Shown piece after piece: positions 20,172-30,169 of a stretch of DNA of 64,000 bases. Position numbers and translations under genes: made by a program. Numbering within the stretch: position 1 is the stretch's first letter; each line of letters begins with the position of its first letter. Origin of the DNA: an uncultured Peptococcaceae bacterium (GTDB taxonomy: Bacteria; Bacillota; Dehalobacteriia; UBA4068; UBA4997); the NCBI GenBank assembly GCA_964569265.1, contig CAZMTO010000006.1, positions 2,366 to 66,365 on the forward strand, written 5' to 3'. The notes under the pieces are model-generated. The model saw nothing but the letters and a program-made list of their open reading frames with translations, searched no databases and had not been told where the DNA came from.

Positions 20172-20843
20172 TCAGGCATCTGCTTCAGGGAAGTATCGTT
20201 TCAGGCGATTTCCAACCGTACTTTGCAGCAGCGCAAGAATACGCCCGACAAAGACAGCCGAAGCAATGGTGGCAATGCCGAAGCCAATAATCCGGTGCGC
20301 CCCAAGCAGACCGAGCAGCAGCGAAATGAGGACACACGCACAGTCATAGACGATCTTCACAGAGCCCATAGGTTTCTTCGTAACACGGCTAATGGTTTGG
20401 ATAGCGCCGGTCGGCGGATCGGGAACCAGACGCGCGATGACAATCAGCATAATGCCGAAAGCAGTAAAAAAGAGGCTCCCGCACAGGCAGACGATCTGCA
20501 TAACGAGGCTTCCGGCAGAGGGAAGCAGCGCGTCCCACAAATCAATCACAAAACCGAAAAGCAAAGACACCGGTAGCTGCAAAAGAATCCCAATATACTG
20601 CTTTCGTTCGCTCAGGATCAGCTCGGCGGCAATATTGACGAGATAAAAAACAATACTGAGCGTACCAAGGCTCAGCGGTACAAGGTTCGTTGCAACATAG
20701 GGAATGCTGTTAATGGGCGAAACGCCCATTTCGCATTTCACGCACAAAACGATACCGAATCCCAGCAGGATTGCACCCACAATGTAGAGAAGAATGCGGT
20801 GGAATATGGATACACAATCGCCGTTTCCTTTCTTTTCAGCCAT
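20172..20843 (-). CDS. YczE/YyaS/YitT-like membrane protein
   Basis: About six hydrophobic segments; repeated GxxP / PDP motifs and GIATI; codon style differs from the flanking genes. Confidence 0.8.
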   Translation of the reverse strand: MAEKKGNGDCVSIFHRILLYIVGAILLGFGIVLCVKCEMGVSPINSIPYVATNLVPLSLGTLSIVFYLVNIAAELILSERKQYIGILLQLPVSLLFGFVIDLWDALLPSAGSLVMQIVCLCGSLFFTAFGIMLIVIARLVPDPPTGAIQTISRVTKKPMGSVKIVYDCACVLISLLLGLLGAHRIIGFGIATIASAVFVGRILALLQSTVGNRLKRYFPEADA

Positions 20844-20957
20844 TTTTGTTCACCTTCAGTTTCCATTTCCGGCAGTTTACCAAAAAGTCCCACCGGTTTT
20901 GTCTGTTCATCTGCCGACAGTGGTGTCATCAGCATATCATCAATCTTTAAGTATAGC

Positions 20958-20987
20958 AAAAGGCACTTGCTTTCGCAAGTGCCTTTT
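20958..20987. terminator. Terminator immediately after tmRNA
   Basis: Perfect stem AAAAGGCACTTGC-TTTC-GCAAGTGCCTTTT. Confidence 0.9.
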
Positions 20988-20988
20988 C

Positions 20989-21346
20989 TGGTGGAGGTGG
21001 CGGGATTCGAACCCGCGTCCGAAAGAGAACCCACCGAACTTTCTACGAGCGTATTTTGTTGTTTAGTATCTTACGGTGCTGCACACAACAAACAAAGCGC
21101 AACCGCCGCCAGCCTTATAAAAATTCCCGCAGCGGCCCCAAGGCAAGGGCTGCCGCAGTAGCTTGCAGGGATTAGCCTCATTGCCGCGGCCGGCAAGCTG
21201 GGCCACGATCGAGGTTAGCATTAAGCTGCTAAAGCGTAATTTTTGTTGCCATTTAAAATGACGTTTGCCATGGTTTTACGGGCTTATGACGTCCCCGGCT
21301 CGCTTATTCGACCAATCCTTCCCCCGTCGAATCCAAAAACACCCCC
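20989..21346 (-). ncRNA. ssrA: tmRNA (tag peptide (A)GNKNYALAA at 21221-21250)
   Basis: 5' GGGGGTG..GGATTCGAC; 3' T-arm GCGGGTTCGAATCCCGC and CACCTCCACCA acceptor with a G3.U pair; tag ends YALAA*; follows smpB. Confidence 0.97.
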
Positions 21347-21386
21347 ATAACGTAATAACTACAATTTGCCGCCGTCAAAACTTGCA

Positions 21387-21848
21387 CTAATATTCACGGC
21401 TGCGCTCTTTTACGGCGCGCTCTATCTGGCGCTTGGCATCTCTGTCGGCCATAGAATCACGCTTGTCGTAAAGCTTTTTGCCACGTGCCAGGGCAAGCTC
21501 CACCTTTACCAGCGCCCGGTCAAAATACAAACGCACCGGTATCAGTGTAAGGCCCTTTTCTCTAACCGCCGCATAAAGCCGCGCAATTTCTCCCTTATGC
21601 AGCAACAGGCGGCGCGGGCGTTTTTCTTCGTGGTTATTGATGTTGCCGAAATCGTAGTGGCTAATGTGCAGATTATACAGCCACACCTCACCGTTTTCTA
21701 TTCTGGCAAAGGCATCTGCCAGGCTGGCTTTACCGGCCCGCAGAGATTTTACCTCGGTACCTTTTAGCTCAATACCGGCCTCCAAACACTCCAAAAATTC
21801 GTATTCGTGCCGCGCCTTGCGGTTTTCTGTGATGGTTTTTCCGGCCAT
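21387..21848 (-). CDS. smpB: SsrA-binding protein
   Basis: NRKARHEY, EAGIELKGTEVKSLR, GKKLYDKR. Confidence 0.98.
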   Translation of the reverse strand: MAGKTITENRKARHEYEFLECLEAGIELKGTEVKSLRAGKASLADAFARIENGEVWLYNLHISHYDFGNINNHEEKRPRRLLLHKGEIARLYAAVREKGLTLIPVRLYFDRALVKVELALARGKKLYDKRDSMADRDAKRQIERAVKERSREY

Positions 21849-23819
21849 TTAGTCCTCCCCGTCGGCACTGCCGGCGTAAACAAAATCTATGCGGCGCTCC
21901 AGCAAATCTACCTTAGCCACCTGCACCATAAGGGGTGTACCCAAGGTAAAGCTGTGGCTGCGGCCCTTCATCAGCATAGTTTCCGCAAAATAATTATACT
22001 CGTCGGCGGGCAAATCGTCAACCGCAATTCTACCCTCCACGCCCATATCCAGGGCGGCAAAAACACCGCCGGGCGTTACACCGGATACCTTAGCGGCAAA
22101 AACATCACCCAAATGCCGCTGCATATACAGGCAGCACTTCATCTTTACGGCCTCGCGCTCAATTTCTTCGGCAATACGTTCACGTTCGCTGGCCTGCTTG
22201 GCTGCCCGTGCCATATACGCGCCGGGCTTTTTGGTGCTTAGTGTATCGTCTGCCATTTGCAGATTATGCTTAATGGCTCTGTGTACCGCCAAATCGGCAT
22301 AACGCCGTATAGGAGAAGTAAAGTGACAGTAATACTTGGCCGCCAGCCCAAAGTGCCCTCTGCATTCCGGCGCATATTCGGCGTGTGACATACTGCGTAA
22401 TGCCATCAACTGAATAAACTCATCCTCCGGACGTCCGGCAGCCTGCTTTAACAGCGCCTGCACTTCCTTTGGAGAAACATCACCGTCGGCTGTACCCAAC
22501 GGCTGATAATCAAAAGCCACCAGTGCCGCATTAAGATTTTGCAGCTTTTCGTCTGCCGGCCCCTGGTGTACACGGTAAACAAACGGCAGATTTTGTCGCT
22601 TTATATGCTCGGCTACAGTTTCGTTGGCAGCCAGCATAGCCTGTTCTATCATTTTTTCGGCCAGCCGTTGACTGCGTTTTTCAATACCTGCCACTTCGCC
22701 GTTTGCCGCCATCTTAATTTTTAATTCCGGAAAATCAAAGTTAAGCGCCCCACGGCGCGCCCGTTTTTTCTCCAATATACGCTGCAAGGCAGCCAAAGGC
22801 TTTAACAGCGGCAGCAAATCGGCATTTTGCGCACAAAGCTTACGGTTACGCTCTAACAGCATAGCGTTTACCATATCATAGTCCAGCCGGCGGTATACCC
22901 TTATAACACTGGGATAAATATCGTAGCTTACCAGCCTGCCGCGCGGCGTAAATTCCATATCGCAGGCCATTGCCAATCTGTCCTGCCCGGCATTAAGGCT
23001 GCATATCCCACAGGATAATTCCTCCGGCAGCATCGGCAGCACTCTGTCCGGCAGATACACACTGGTGGCACGGGCAAAGGCTTCTTCTTCCAGCTTGCTG
23101 CCCATACGCACATAATGCGCAACATCGGCAATATGCACGCTTAAAAAATAATTGCCGTCATCATTGCGCCGACAATAAACCGCATCGTCAAAATCGCGGC
23201 TGTCCACACCGTCTATCGTCACCAACGGCATATCACGGCAATCGCGGCGGCCCTGCATTTCTTCGGCGCTCACCTGCTGCGGTATGGCAGCGGCCTGTTG
23301 CTGCACCGCCAACGGAAAATCTCCCGGGGCATCTAACTGCCGCATAATCATTTCCATATCGGCGCCGTTTTGTGCCGCCAGGTCAGCTTCATCTACATGG
23401 TGCAAAACTTCCAGCACCGCACCTTCCAAACGGCTTTCCTTATCAATGGTTTGGCCTTCAATGTCATTAAACAGGCGTATACGCACCAAATCATACGCAC
23501 GCGCCTGCCCCACAAAGCGTTCCGGTATAAAAATATCCGGCCAGCCCGGCATACGAGTGCGCACAAAACCAAAGCCGCGGCGGCTGGTCATAAAATAACC
23601 TTCTAACTTTAGCCCCGGCTTTTTGGGTGCGCGGCCGTCTTTGGCCGGCTGCATATTTAATTTGGCACCGTGCCGCCCCATTTGCCCGCTGCTTATAAGC
23701 CCCTGCGGTTTGGCGTGGCCCTGCCTGCTACGGCGTTTACGCCCGGACTTTACCTTGTGAGCAGCCCGGGCGTTTGCGCTTTTATGTTTTGTTGCTTTAT
23801 GCTTTTTTTCCAAACTCAT
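21849..23819 (-). CDS. rnr: Ribonuclease R family exoribonuclease
   Basis: TIDGVDSRDFDDA catalytic motif, HFTSPIRRYADL, C-terminal S1 domain; stop codon abuts the smpB start. Confidence 0.92.
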   Translation of the reverse strand: MSLEKKHKATKHKSANARAAHKVKSGRKRRSRQGHAKPQGLISSGQMGRHGAKLNMQPAKDGRAPKKPGLKLEGYFMTSRRGFGFVRTRMPGWPDIFIPERFVGQARAYDLVRIRLFNDIEGQTIDKESRLEGAVLEVLHHVDEADLAAQNGADMEMIMRQLDAPGDFPLAVQQQAAAIPQQVSAEEMQGRRDCRDMPLVTIDGVDSRDFDDAVYCRRNDDGNYFLSVHIADVAHYVRMGSKLEEEAFARATSVYLPDRVLPMLPEELSCGICSLNAGQDRLAMACDMEFTPRGRLVSYDIYPSVIRVYRRLDYDMVNAMLLERNRKLCAQNADLLPLLKPLAALQRILEKKRARRGALNFDFPELKIKMAANGEVAGIEKRSQRLAEKMIEQAMLAANETVAEHIKRQNLPFVYRVHQGPADEKLQNLNAALVAFDYQPLGTADGDVSPKEVQALLKQAAGRPEDEFIQLMALRSMSHAEYAPECRGHFGLAAKYYCHFTSPIRRYADLAVHRAIKHNLQMADDTLSTKKPGAYMARAAKQASERERIAEEIEREAVKMKCCLYMQRHLGDVFAAKVSGVTPGGVFAALDMGVEGRIAVDDLPADEYNYFAETMLMKGRSHSFTLGTPLMVQVAKVDLLERRIDFVYAGSADGED

Positions 23820-23872
23820 ACACTCTTTACTTTCTAAATATCACAGACACAGTAACTGCTGCCCAAGGCCGG

Positions 23873-24166
23873 TTAGTCCAGCGTGGTCAAGGTAAAGGCA
23901 TCCAGCTCGGCACCGCAGCAATATTTAATAAAATCGCCGATTTCGTCGATAGCCAGCTTTTTGTCCGAAAACATTTCTTCTTTAAGTATTTCTACGCGGG
24001 CTTCTTCGTAGCTGATAAACTGCAAACCGTAAATTTCGTAACTTTTTGCCTTATTTTCTAAAGAATAAGGGCTTTTGCATACAACAGTTGCGCCGCTTTC
24101 TGCTGCTGCTTCCAACATTTTGCGAGTTTTGCCGCTGCCATTGCCGCCGATAATAAATTTTTCCAT
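23873..24166 (-). CDS. Small (97 aa) P-loop-containing hypothetical protein
   Basis: RBS AGGAG; Walker A GGNGSGKT and Walker B-like LAIDE. Confidence 0.7.
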   Translation of the reverse strand: MEKFIIGGNGSGKTRKMLEAAAESGATVVCKSPYSLENKAKSYEIYGLQFISYEEARVEILKEEMFSDKKLAIDEIGDFIKYCCGAELDAFTLTTLD

Positions 24167-24266
24167 AATAATGATCTCCTTTTTGTGTGTGTTTTATAAT
24201 ATACTTTAACGAGATTCTGATTTAATTATACAACAAATTGCTTACGGTTTCAGCACTTTTTGCAAA

Positions 24267-25481
24267 TTATTCTGCGCTTTCTTCAAAAATACCGTTGGGC
24301 GTTACCCGATATACCACAGTTTTTTGCAAAGCTTCGGCTATCAGCTCGTCCACCGCCAAATTTTGCTCCATCTCCTCGGCTTCGGCAAGGCGCGGACGAA
24401 TTTTGGGGTGTGCCGGCAAAAATACCGTACAGCAATCTTCGTAAGGACGAATAGATATATCAAAGGTACCAATATGCTTGGCACGCTCTACAATTTCTTC
24501 TTTATCAAAACCGATAAGCGGCCGCAGCACCGGCATTTTGGTAACACTGTTAATAACATACATACTTTCCAGCGTTTGGCTGGCCACCTGCCCGACACTT
24601 TCTCCGGTATAAATTGCCAGGCCGGCATTGGCACGGGCTATACGCTCGGCCAGACGGAACATAAACCGCCGCATTATGGTAATGCCGTAATCTTCGGGAC
24701 AGGCAGCGTGTATAGCCTTTTGAATTTCGGTAAAATGCACGCAATGCACACGTATGGCTTTGTTGTGCCATTTTGCCAGCACCTGTGCCAAATCCAGCAC
24801 CTTTTCCTTAGCGCGCTCGCTGGTAAAGGGAAAACTTTCAAAATGCACCGCATCTATGTTAACACCGCGCTTCATTGCCATCCACGCCGCAACAGGGCTG
24901 TCGATACCGCCGGAAAGCATTACTGCTGCCCGGCCGCCGCTGCCCACCGGCATACCCTTGGCCCCAACAAAGCTGCCGCAGTAAACATAGGCGGCTTCAT
25001 CACGCACCTCTACGTTTACCACATTTTCCGGGTGCTTCATCTGGGCTTCGTATTTATCACCGGTTTGCTTAAAAATATAGCCGCCAACAGCTTTGCTTAT
25101 CTCCGGCGATGTCATCTGAAAGCGCTTGTCAGACCGACGACTTTCTACCTTAAATTTACCGCCGTTCGGCAGGGTACGCTCTAACACCTGCAAAGCCGCC
25201 GCCGCAATAACAGACAAATCCTTATCTACCGCCAACACCGGGCAAATAGCATAAATGCCAAACACCCGCTGCAAACGGCTTACCACATCTTCCATATCGC
25301 CGGGCACAGGCAACACCGGCACGGTTATACGCCCCAGGCTTACGGCAACCTTGCGCTCCGGCAGGTCGGCCAAAGCTTTTTCTATATTACGCACCAAACG
25401 GTTAATAAACTGGTTTTTGTTTTTACCCTTTAAACCAAGTTCACCGTATTTTATCATCAAAAGCTCTTTAGCTTCACTCAT
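24267..25481 (-). CDS. thiI: tRNA 4-thiouridine synthase ThiI
   Basis: KYGELGLKGKN, THUMP domain, PP-loop SGGIDS, GQVASQT, EDCC. Confidence 0.96.
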   Translation of the reverse strand: MSEAKELLMIKYGELGLKGKNKNQFINRLVRNIEKALADLPERKVAVSLGRITVPVLPVPGDMEDVVSRLQRVFGIYAICPVLAVDKDLSVIAAAALQVLERTLPNGGKFKVESRRSDKRFQMTSPEISKAVGGYIFKQTGDKYEAQMKHPENVVNVEVRDEAAYVYCGSFVGAKGMPVGSGGRAAVMLSGGIDSPVAAWMAMKRGVNIDAVHFESFPFTSERAKEKVLDLAQVLAKWHNKAIRVHCVHFTEIQKAIHAACPEDYGITIMRRFMFRLAERIARANAGLAIYTGESVGQVASQTLESMYVINSVTKMPVLRPLIGFDKEEIVERAKHIGTFDISIRPYEDCCTVFLPAHPKIRPRLAEAEEMEQNLAVDELIAEALQKTVVYRVTPNGIFEESAE

Positions 25482-25514
25482 AATTTTTCTCCCAAAAATC
25501 TGTCATCAAATCGG

Positions 25515-26684
25515 TCATCTTTTTTTCGACGAGCCCAATACCATACGCAAATCGGCAACCTCGCTGCAAACTATCCCGGCAGCACGCTCAGCTTCTTCTA
25601 CAGTATTTAAGCACGAAAAGCTAAACCTTATGGCACCTTCAATACGTGTGCGGTTGTAGCCCATAGCCAGCAAAACGTGGCTTAAACTGTCTTTTTTGGC
25701 AGCACACGCCGACCCGCTGGAAACCAACAGGCCCCGCTGCTCTAACATATGCAGCAAAACCTCGCTTTTTACACCGTCAAAGCTGATATTAAGCACATTG
25801 GGCAGGGCAGCCTGCGGGCTGTTTATTTGCCAGCCGGGTAAATCTGCCAGACCATTTAACAGTGCCGCCTTAATATCGGCAGCCAACTGCATACGCTTGT
25901 CCAAATCGGTATAGGCCATTTCTGCCGCCAAACCCAAGGCACAAATACCGGGCATATTTTCGGTACCGCTGCGCATAGCCCTTTCCTGTCCGCCGCCGGT
26001 AAGCTGGGGTACCACACGTACCCCCTTGCGGATATATAAAAAACCGGTACCCTTGGGTGCGTGCAGCTTGTGCCCACTAACCGACAGCATATCAACCCCC
26101 AACGCTTTAGGGTCTATGGGCATTTTACCGTATGCCTGCACAGCGTCTACGTGCAGCAGGGCATTTGGCGCCAGCCGGCGCATTACCTGCTTTAACTCGG
26201 CTATCGGCTGTATGGCACCAACCTCGTTGTTAACCAGCATAACGCTAACCAGCACGGTTTCTTCGGTAAGCAGGGCCGCCAACTGCTGCGCCCTCACCAG
26301 ACAATTTTCGTCCACCGGCAGGTAATCCACCTTGTAGCCCTGCTCAGCCAGCGCTTCGGCTGTGCGTAAAATTGCCGGGTGTTCCACCGCCGATACAATT
26401 ATGTGCCTGCCACGCCGCTTGCAGGCATCTGCCGCCCCGCGCAACGCCAAATTGTTAGCTTCGGTGCCGCCCGATGTAAAAAAGATTTCTTCGGGGGCTG
26501 CTTTAAGGGTTTTGGCCACACGCTCCCGCGCCTGACGCAGCAGCTTTTCGGCCTGCAAACCACGGTTATACAGCGCCGACGGGTTACCAAAATCTTCACA
26601 CATTACCTTGCAGGCTAAATCTGCAACCTGCGGCAGCACACGTGTTGTGGCAGAATTATCAAAATAAATTTCCTGATTTGCCAT
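25515..26684 (-). CDS. iscS: Cysteine desulfurase (IscS/NifZ type, paired with ThiI)
   Basis: YFDNSATT, GNPS, SGHK (PLP lysine), SSGSAC. Confidence 0.93.
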   Translation of the reverse strand: MANQEIYFDNSATTRVLPQVADLACKVMCEDFGNPSALYNRGLQAEKLLRQARERVAKTLKAAPEEIFFTSGGTEANNLALRGAADACKRRGRHIIVSAVEHPAILRTAEALAEQGYKVDYLPVDENCLVRAQQLAALLTEETVLVSVMLVNNEVGAIQPIAELKQVMRRLAPNALLHVDAVQAYGKMPIDPKALGVDMLSVSGHKLHAPKGTGFLYIRKGVRVVPQLTGGGQERAMRSGTENMPGICALGLAAEMAYTDLDKRMQLAADIKAALLNGLADLPGWQINSPQAALPNVLNISFDGVKSEVLLHMLEQRGLLVSSGSACAAKKDSLSHVLLAMGYNRTRIEGAIRFSFSCLNTVEEAERAAGIVCSEVADLRMVLGSSKKR

Positions 26685-26759
26685 ATTTACCTCTTATTAT
26701 ACAATATCAAACGCTATATAGCCATACTAAACACAGTAATAAATATAATTTTTATAAAA

Positions 26760-27352
26760 TGCGCAGTTGTCACTTACTAGCGGGGTTCTGTCTGTTATAA
26801 CTGACCCTGCGGCGCTGCTTTTTTACCACCCTGCATACCTTGGCAGGCAGCCTTGATTGAAGCGGCACTAATTTTTGTGTGGGTTACCCACCCAAAGCCA
26901 AGAAAGCTCAAGAGTGCCCCAGATTTAGGTGAGTACGGCTACACTATTGTCCGCTCCGGGTACCAGAAGTGCAAATGTGCAGTTGCCACTTCCGGATACC
27001 AGAGTGGCAAGAGTGCCCCGGATTTAGGTGAGTACGGCTGTGCAAGCGTCCGCTCTGGACACCAGAAGTGCAAATGTGCAGTTGTCAATCCCAAATACCA
27101 GAGTGGCAAGAGTGCCCCAAATTTAGGTGAGTACGGCTACGCAAGCGATTTAGGCGTACTAATGGTACGCCGCTGAGCTAAGCAGCCAACGATCCTAAAG
27201 ATAATGTGCAGTTGTCCGCTCTGGGTACCAGAAGTGCAAATGTGCATCAGATGCAAGGAATAGAATTTCGAGTCGACAGAGGCGTACTCAACGTACGCCG
27301 ACAAGCGAGAAATTATATGACACCGCAGATGATGTGCAGTTGTCACTTCTGG
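26760..27352 (+). repeat. Structured repeat locus C (alternating type 2 / type 1 rod units)
   Basis: Full type 2 unit 27098-27224, full type 1 unit 27228-27352, deleted units 26963-26995, 26999-27058 and 27062-27092; linker TTACCCACCCAAA at 26884. Confidence 0.92.
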
Positions 27353-28194
27353 GTGGGAGTTAGATAAAATAACGCCACACACCCCGGCCCCAAATGCACC
27401 CCTACAGTCGGCCCTATGGGGCACAAAATAACTTCACCAAGCTGCATGGTAGTTTGCAGTTCGGCCAGCAGCTTTTCGGCACTGTCTTTTTGCAGAATAT
27501 AGCTTACAAACAGGGTGGTTTGACTAAAATCAACGCCATCCTGCTTAACACGGTCGGCTATCCAGCTTAATGCTTTATGCATACCGCGCACCTTTTGCGC
27601 AACCTCCAGCGAACCGTCCGGGCAAATGTTTATCACCGGCTTAATATTAAGCGCCCGCGCCACATTGGCCACCGCACCGTTAATGCGCCCGCCTTTGGCC
27701 AAATATACCAAATCGTTTATGGCACCATACCCGCGAGAACGCTCGATGATTGCAGGCAGTGCCGCCTTAACTTCGTCATATGTTGCGCCGGCTGCTGCTA
27801 AACGCGCCGCCGCCAGCACTATTGCCCCTTCACCAAGGGTAGCGCTTTTCGAATCAAACACCGCCACCTTATCCTGCGGGTAATCCTCCAGCAAAATACG
27901 CACACTGTCATAAAAGCCGGAAAGCGGCCGCGCAATGGTAATAATAATGATTTCGTTGCCGGCTGCCAGTTCGGCATCTAACAGCATTTGCAACCGTCCC
28001 AGCGACGGATACGAGGTTTTAGGGAACTCTCCGCCCTGCACCAACCGCTGATAAAACTGATCACAGGTAATGGTTTCACGGTCGGCAAAGGTATCCTCGC
28101 CAAAGGTAATGTTCATAGGTAAAAGTAATATGCCGTACCGGTCTACCAGCTCCTGCGGCAAATCACAAGAAGTATCAGTAATAATTTTGATCAT
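27343..28194 (-). CDS. DegV family fatty-acid-binding protein
   Basis: IITDTSCDLP, PKTSYPS, LAKGGRI, LNIKP, HLGPG. Confidence 0.95.
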   Translation of the reverse strand: MIKIITDTSCDLPQELVDRYGILLLPMNITFGEDTFADRETITCDQFYQRLVQGGEFPKTSYPSLGRLQMLLDAELAAGNEIIIITIARPLSGFYDSVRILLEDYPQDKVAVFDSKSATLGEGAIVLAAARLAAAGATYDEVKAALPAIIERSRGYGAINDLVYLAKGGRINGAVANVARALNIKPVINICPDGSLEVAQKVRGMHKALSWIADRVKQDGVDFSQTTLFVSYILQKDSAEKLLAELQTTMQLGEVILCPIGPTVGVHLGPGCVALFYLTPTQK

Positions 28195-28236
28195 AAATTC
28201 TCCTGTAAAAAATTTAACTATACACAGCTACATATG

Positions 28237-29040
28237 TCAATCGCCAAAGTCAGCGGCCATCTCCCGGCTGCGCCCGGCACAGGCATTGCAGGCATCGGCT
28301 GCCAGTTTGGGCAAACCTTCCTGCCAAACCGCCAGCGCTGCCGCCGTAGTGCCCCCCTTAGAAGTCACCTGTACCCTGAGCGTTTCGGCAGATTCCTGCC
28401 GGGTGGCCAGCATTTTGCCGCTGCCTACCGCCGTTTGCCGCGCCAGAGCCATAGCAACATCCGGGGCAAGGCCCAACTGTTCGCCGGCTTTAGCCAAACA
28501 TTCTACAAAATAATAAAAATACGCCGGGCCGCTGCCGGATATTGCCGTTAAAGCGTGAATATCCGCTTCGTCAATCCACACAAAGCTGCCCACCGCCGCA
28601 AATATCTGCTCGGCAAGCTGCTTATGCTCATCCCCGGCCAGGGGGCCGGCCATAAGCCCGGTTATAGCCGCCAGCACCGCCGCCGATGTGTTGGGCATAG
28701 CGCGCACAATGGGCACCGCCGGCAATTTTGCAGCATAATAACTAAGCGGCAACCCGGCAGCAATAGTCAGCACAAGCTGTTCGGGTTTAAGCAGGGGTGC
28801 CAAATCGGCCAAAAGCCCCGCCATAGACTGCGGCTTTACCGCCAGCAGCAAAATATCCGCCTTGGCCACTGCCGCTGCCAAATCGGTATAAGCATCGGCC
28901 GAAAGCTCGTTGGCCAAAGCTGCTGCTTTATCCTCACTTATATCATAAAAACCCAGAGCAAACGGCGCCTGCATAGCGTTTAAACCGCGGCCTATAGCCG
29001 CCGCCATATTACCGCTGCCCAAAAAGCAAAGCTGTTTCAT
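28237..29040 (-). CDS. proC: Pyrroline-5-carboxylate reductase
   Basis: GSGNM, AVKPQ, RAMPNT, SGSGPAY, VTSKGGTT. Confidence 0.96.
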   Translation of the reverse strand: MKQLCFLGSGNMAAAIGRGLNAMQAPFALGFYDISEDKAAALANELSADAYTDLAAAVAKADILLLAVKPQSMAGLLADLAPLLKPEQLVLTIAAGLPLSYYAAKLPAVPIVRAMPNTSAAVLAAITGLMAGPLAGDEHKQLAEQIFAAVGSFVWIDEADIHALTAISGSGPAYFYYFVECLAKAGEQLGLAPDVAMALARQTAVGSGKMLATRQESAETLRVQVTSKGGTTAAALAVWQEGLPKLAADACNACAGRSREMAADFGD

Positions 29041-29069
29041 TATAAAAACCTCCAACTATCTGTTTAACA

Positions 29070-30056
29070 CTATCTGTTTACCACATTAAATTGATAATCA
29101 CCGTGCGGCACTTCTATCGGCTCACCAAGGCCGGTATTGCCCGGCACACTCGAAAGCAACGCCAAAGCTTCGGCATAGGGCACGCCGTCTACCGTAATTT
29201 GCACCATATTAACCTCGTTTACATTAAACAGGGTGGCCAGCAGACTGTCAACAAACAGCTTTTGTTCGGCCGAACTGTTCATAGCAAAAACAGCGCTGTT
29301 AAAGTCAATGGTCAAAACACCGTCGTTTAATGCCACACCGTTTATCTGCAAATCCCTGGGCACTGCCGAATACAAACCGCTTTTGGCCGGCGGCTGCCCC
29401 ACCCAGGCCCCCAAAAGGTTGTTTAAGTAACCGCTGCTGCTTTCGCTTATCGGCAAATACAGCGGCACCACATACATAGCCTGACTATCCGTAAAGTACA
29501 CGTAAGACCCCGCCTTGCCTGCCGAAAAATCGTTTACCGCCGTAAGGCTGTAAGGTTCACTGAAGATGTCCTTATTATTTACTTCTATCTGCATAGCCTT
29601 AATAGTTTTGCCCTGTTCGGTAAGCTCGCGGTTAACCGTAGCATAAAACGCCTGCGCCATCAGGTCGGTATTCTCCGGCAGCTCCACACCGGCATCAGCC
29701 GTAAGCCCCACCGTAACAATACCGTCTTCTACCCGCAGTGCCTCCATTTTAAAACCCTGCGGCACCACGGCGCGGCAAAAACCGTCTGCCGGGCCGGCCA
29801 GCAATTTTTCCAGCGCTATCCAAACAGTATCTCGCGTAGAATTTATGCTGTATACCTGCGGTATCAAAATATCCATATCTTCGGCCAAATAAAACACCGT
29901 TACTGATTTTTGCGGCTGCTGCGATATCAAATCGGTAGCAATATCACCGCGGCCGGTGCCGGTTGCAGTATCTTTACCGCAGGCAGCCAGGCAGCAAATT
30001 GCCAGCAAAAACACCAATGCAGTCAATATCGGCCTGCAAAATCGGTTTATCTTCAT
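29070..30056 (-). CDS. GerMN-domain lipoprotein
   Basis: Lipobox LAAC; two GerMN-like repeats (ALEKLLAGP, LTIDFN, VQITVDG). Confidence 0.8.
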   Translation of the reverse strand: MKINRFCRPILTALVFLLAICCLAACGKDTATGTGRGDIATDLISQQPQKSVTVFYLAEDMDILIPQVYSINSTRDTVWIALEKLLAGPADGFCRAVVPQGFKMEALRVEDGIVTVGLTADAGVELPENTDLMAQAFYATVNRELTEQGKTIKAMQIEVNNKDIFSEPYSLTAVNDFSAGKAGSYVYFTDSQAMYVVPLYLPISESSSGYLNNLLGAWVGQPPAKSGLYSAVPRDLQINGVALNDGVLTIDFNSAVFAMNSSAEQKLFVDSLLATLFNVNEVNMVQITVDGVPYAEALALLSSVPGNTGLGEPIEVPHGDYQFNVVNR

Positions 30057-30169
30057 AGCGTTACGCCCCCTTGCCAAATGCTTGTTCTGTATGTTTTACC
30101 GTAATGTATCGGTTGCGCTAACAGTGTATTTAAGTATAACACACTGCGCACCTTTTAGCAAGCTTTGCC

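Noticed and set aside
20989-21030. tRNA gene
   Set aside because: The T-arm and CCA end belong to the tRNA-like domain of tmRNA.
26884-27352. Possible CRISPR array (also loci B and D)
   Set aside because: There are no constant short repeats separated by unique spacers, units are long palindromes of variable length, and no cas genes are present.
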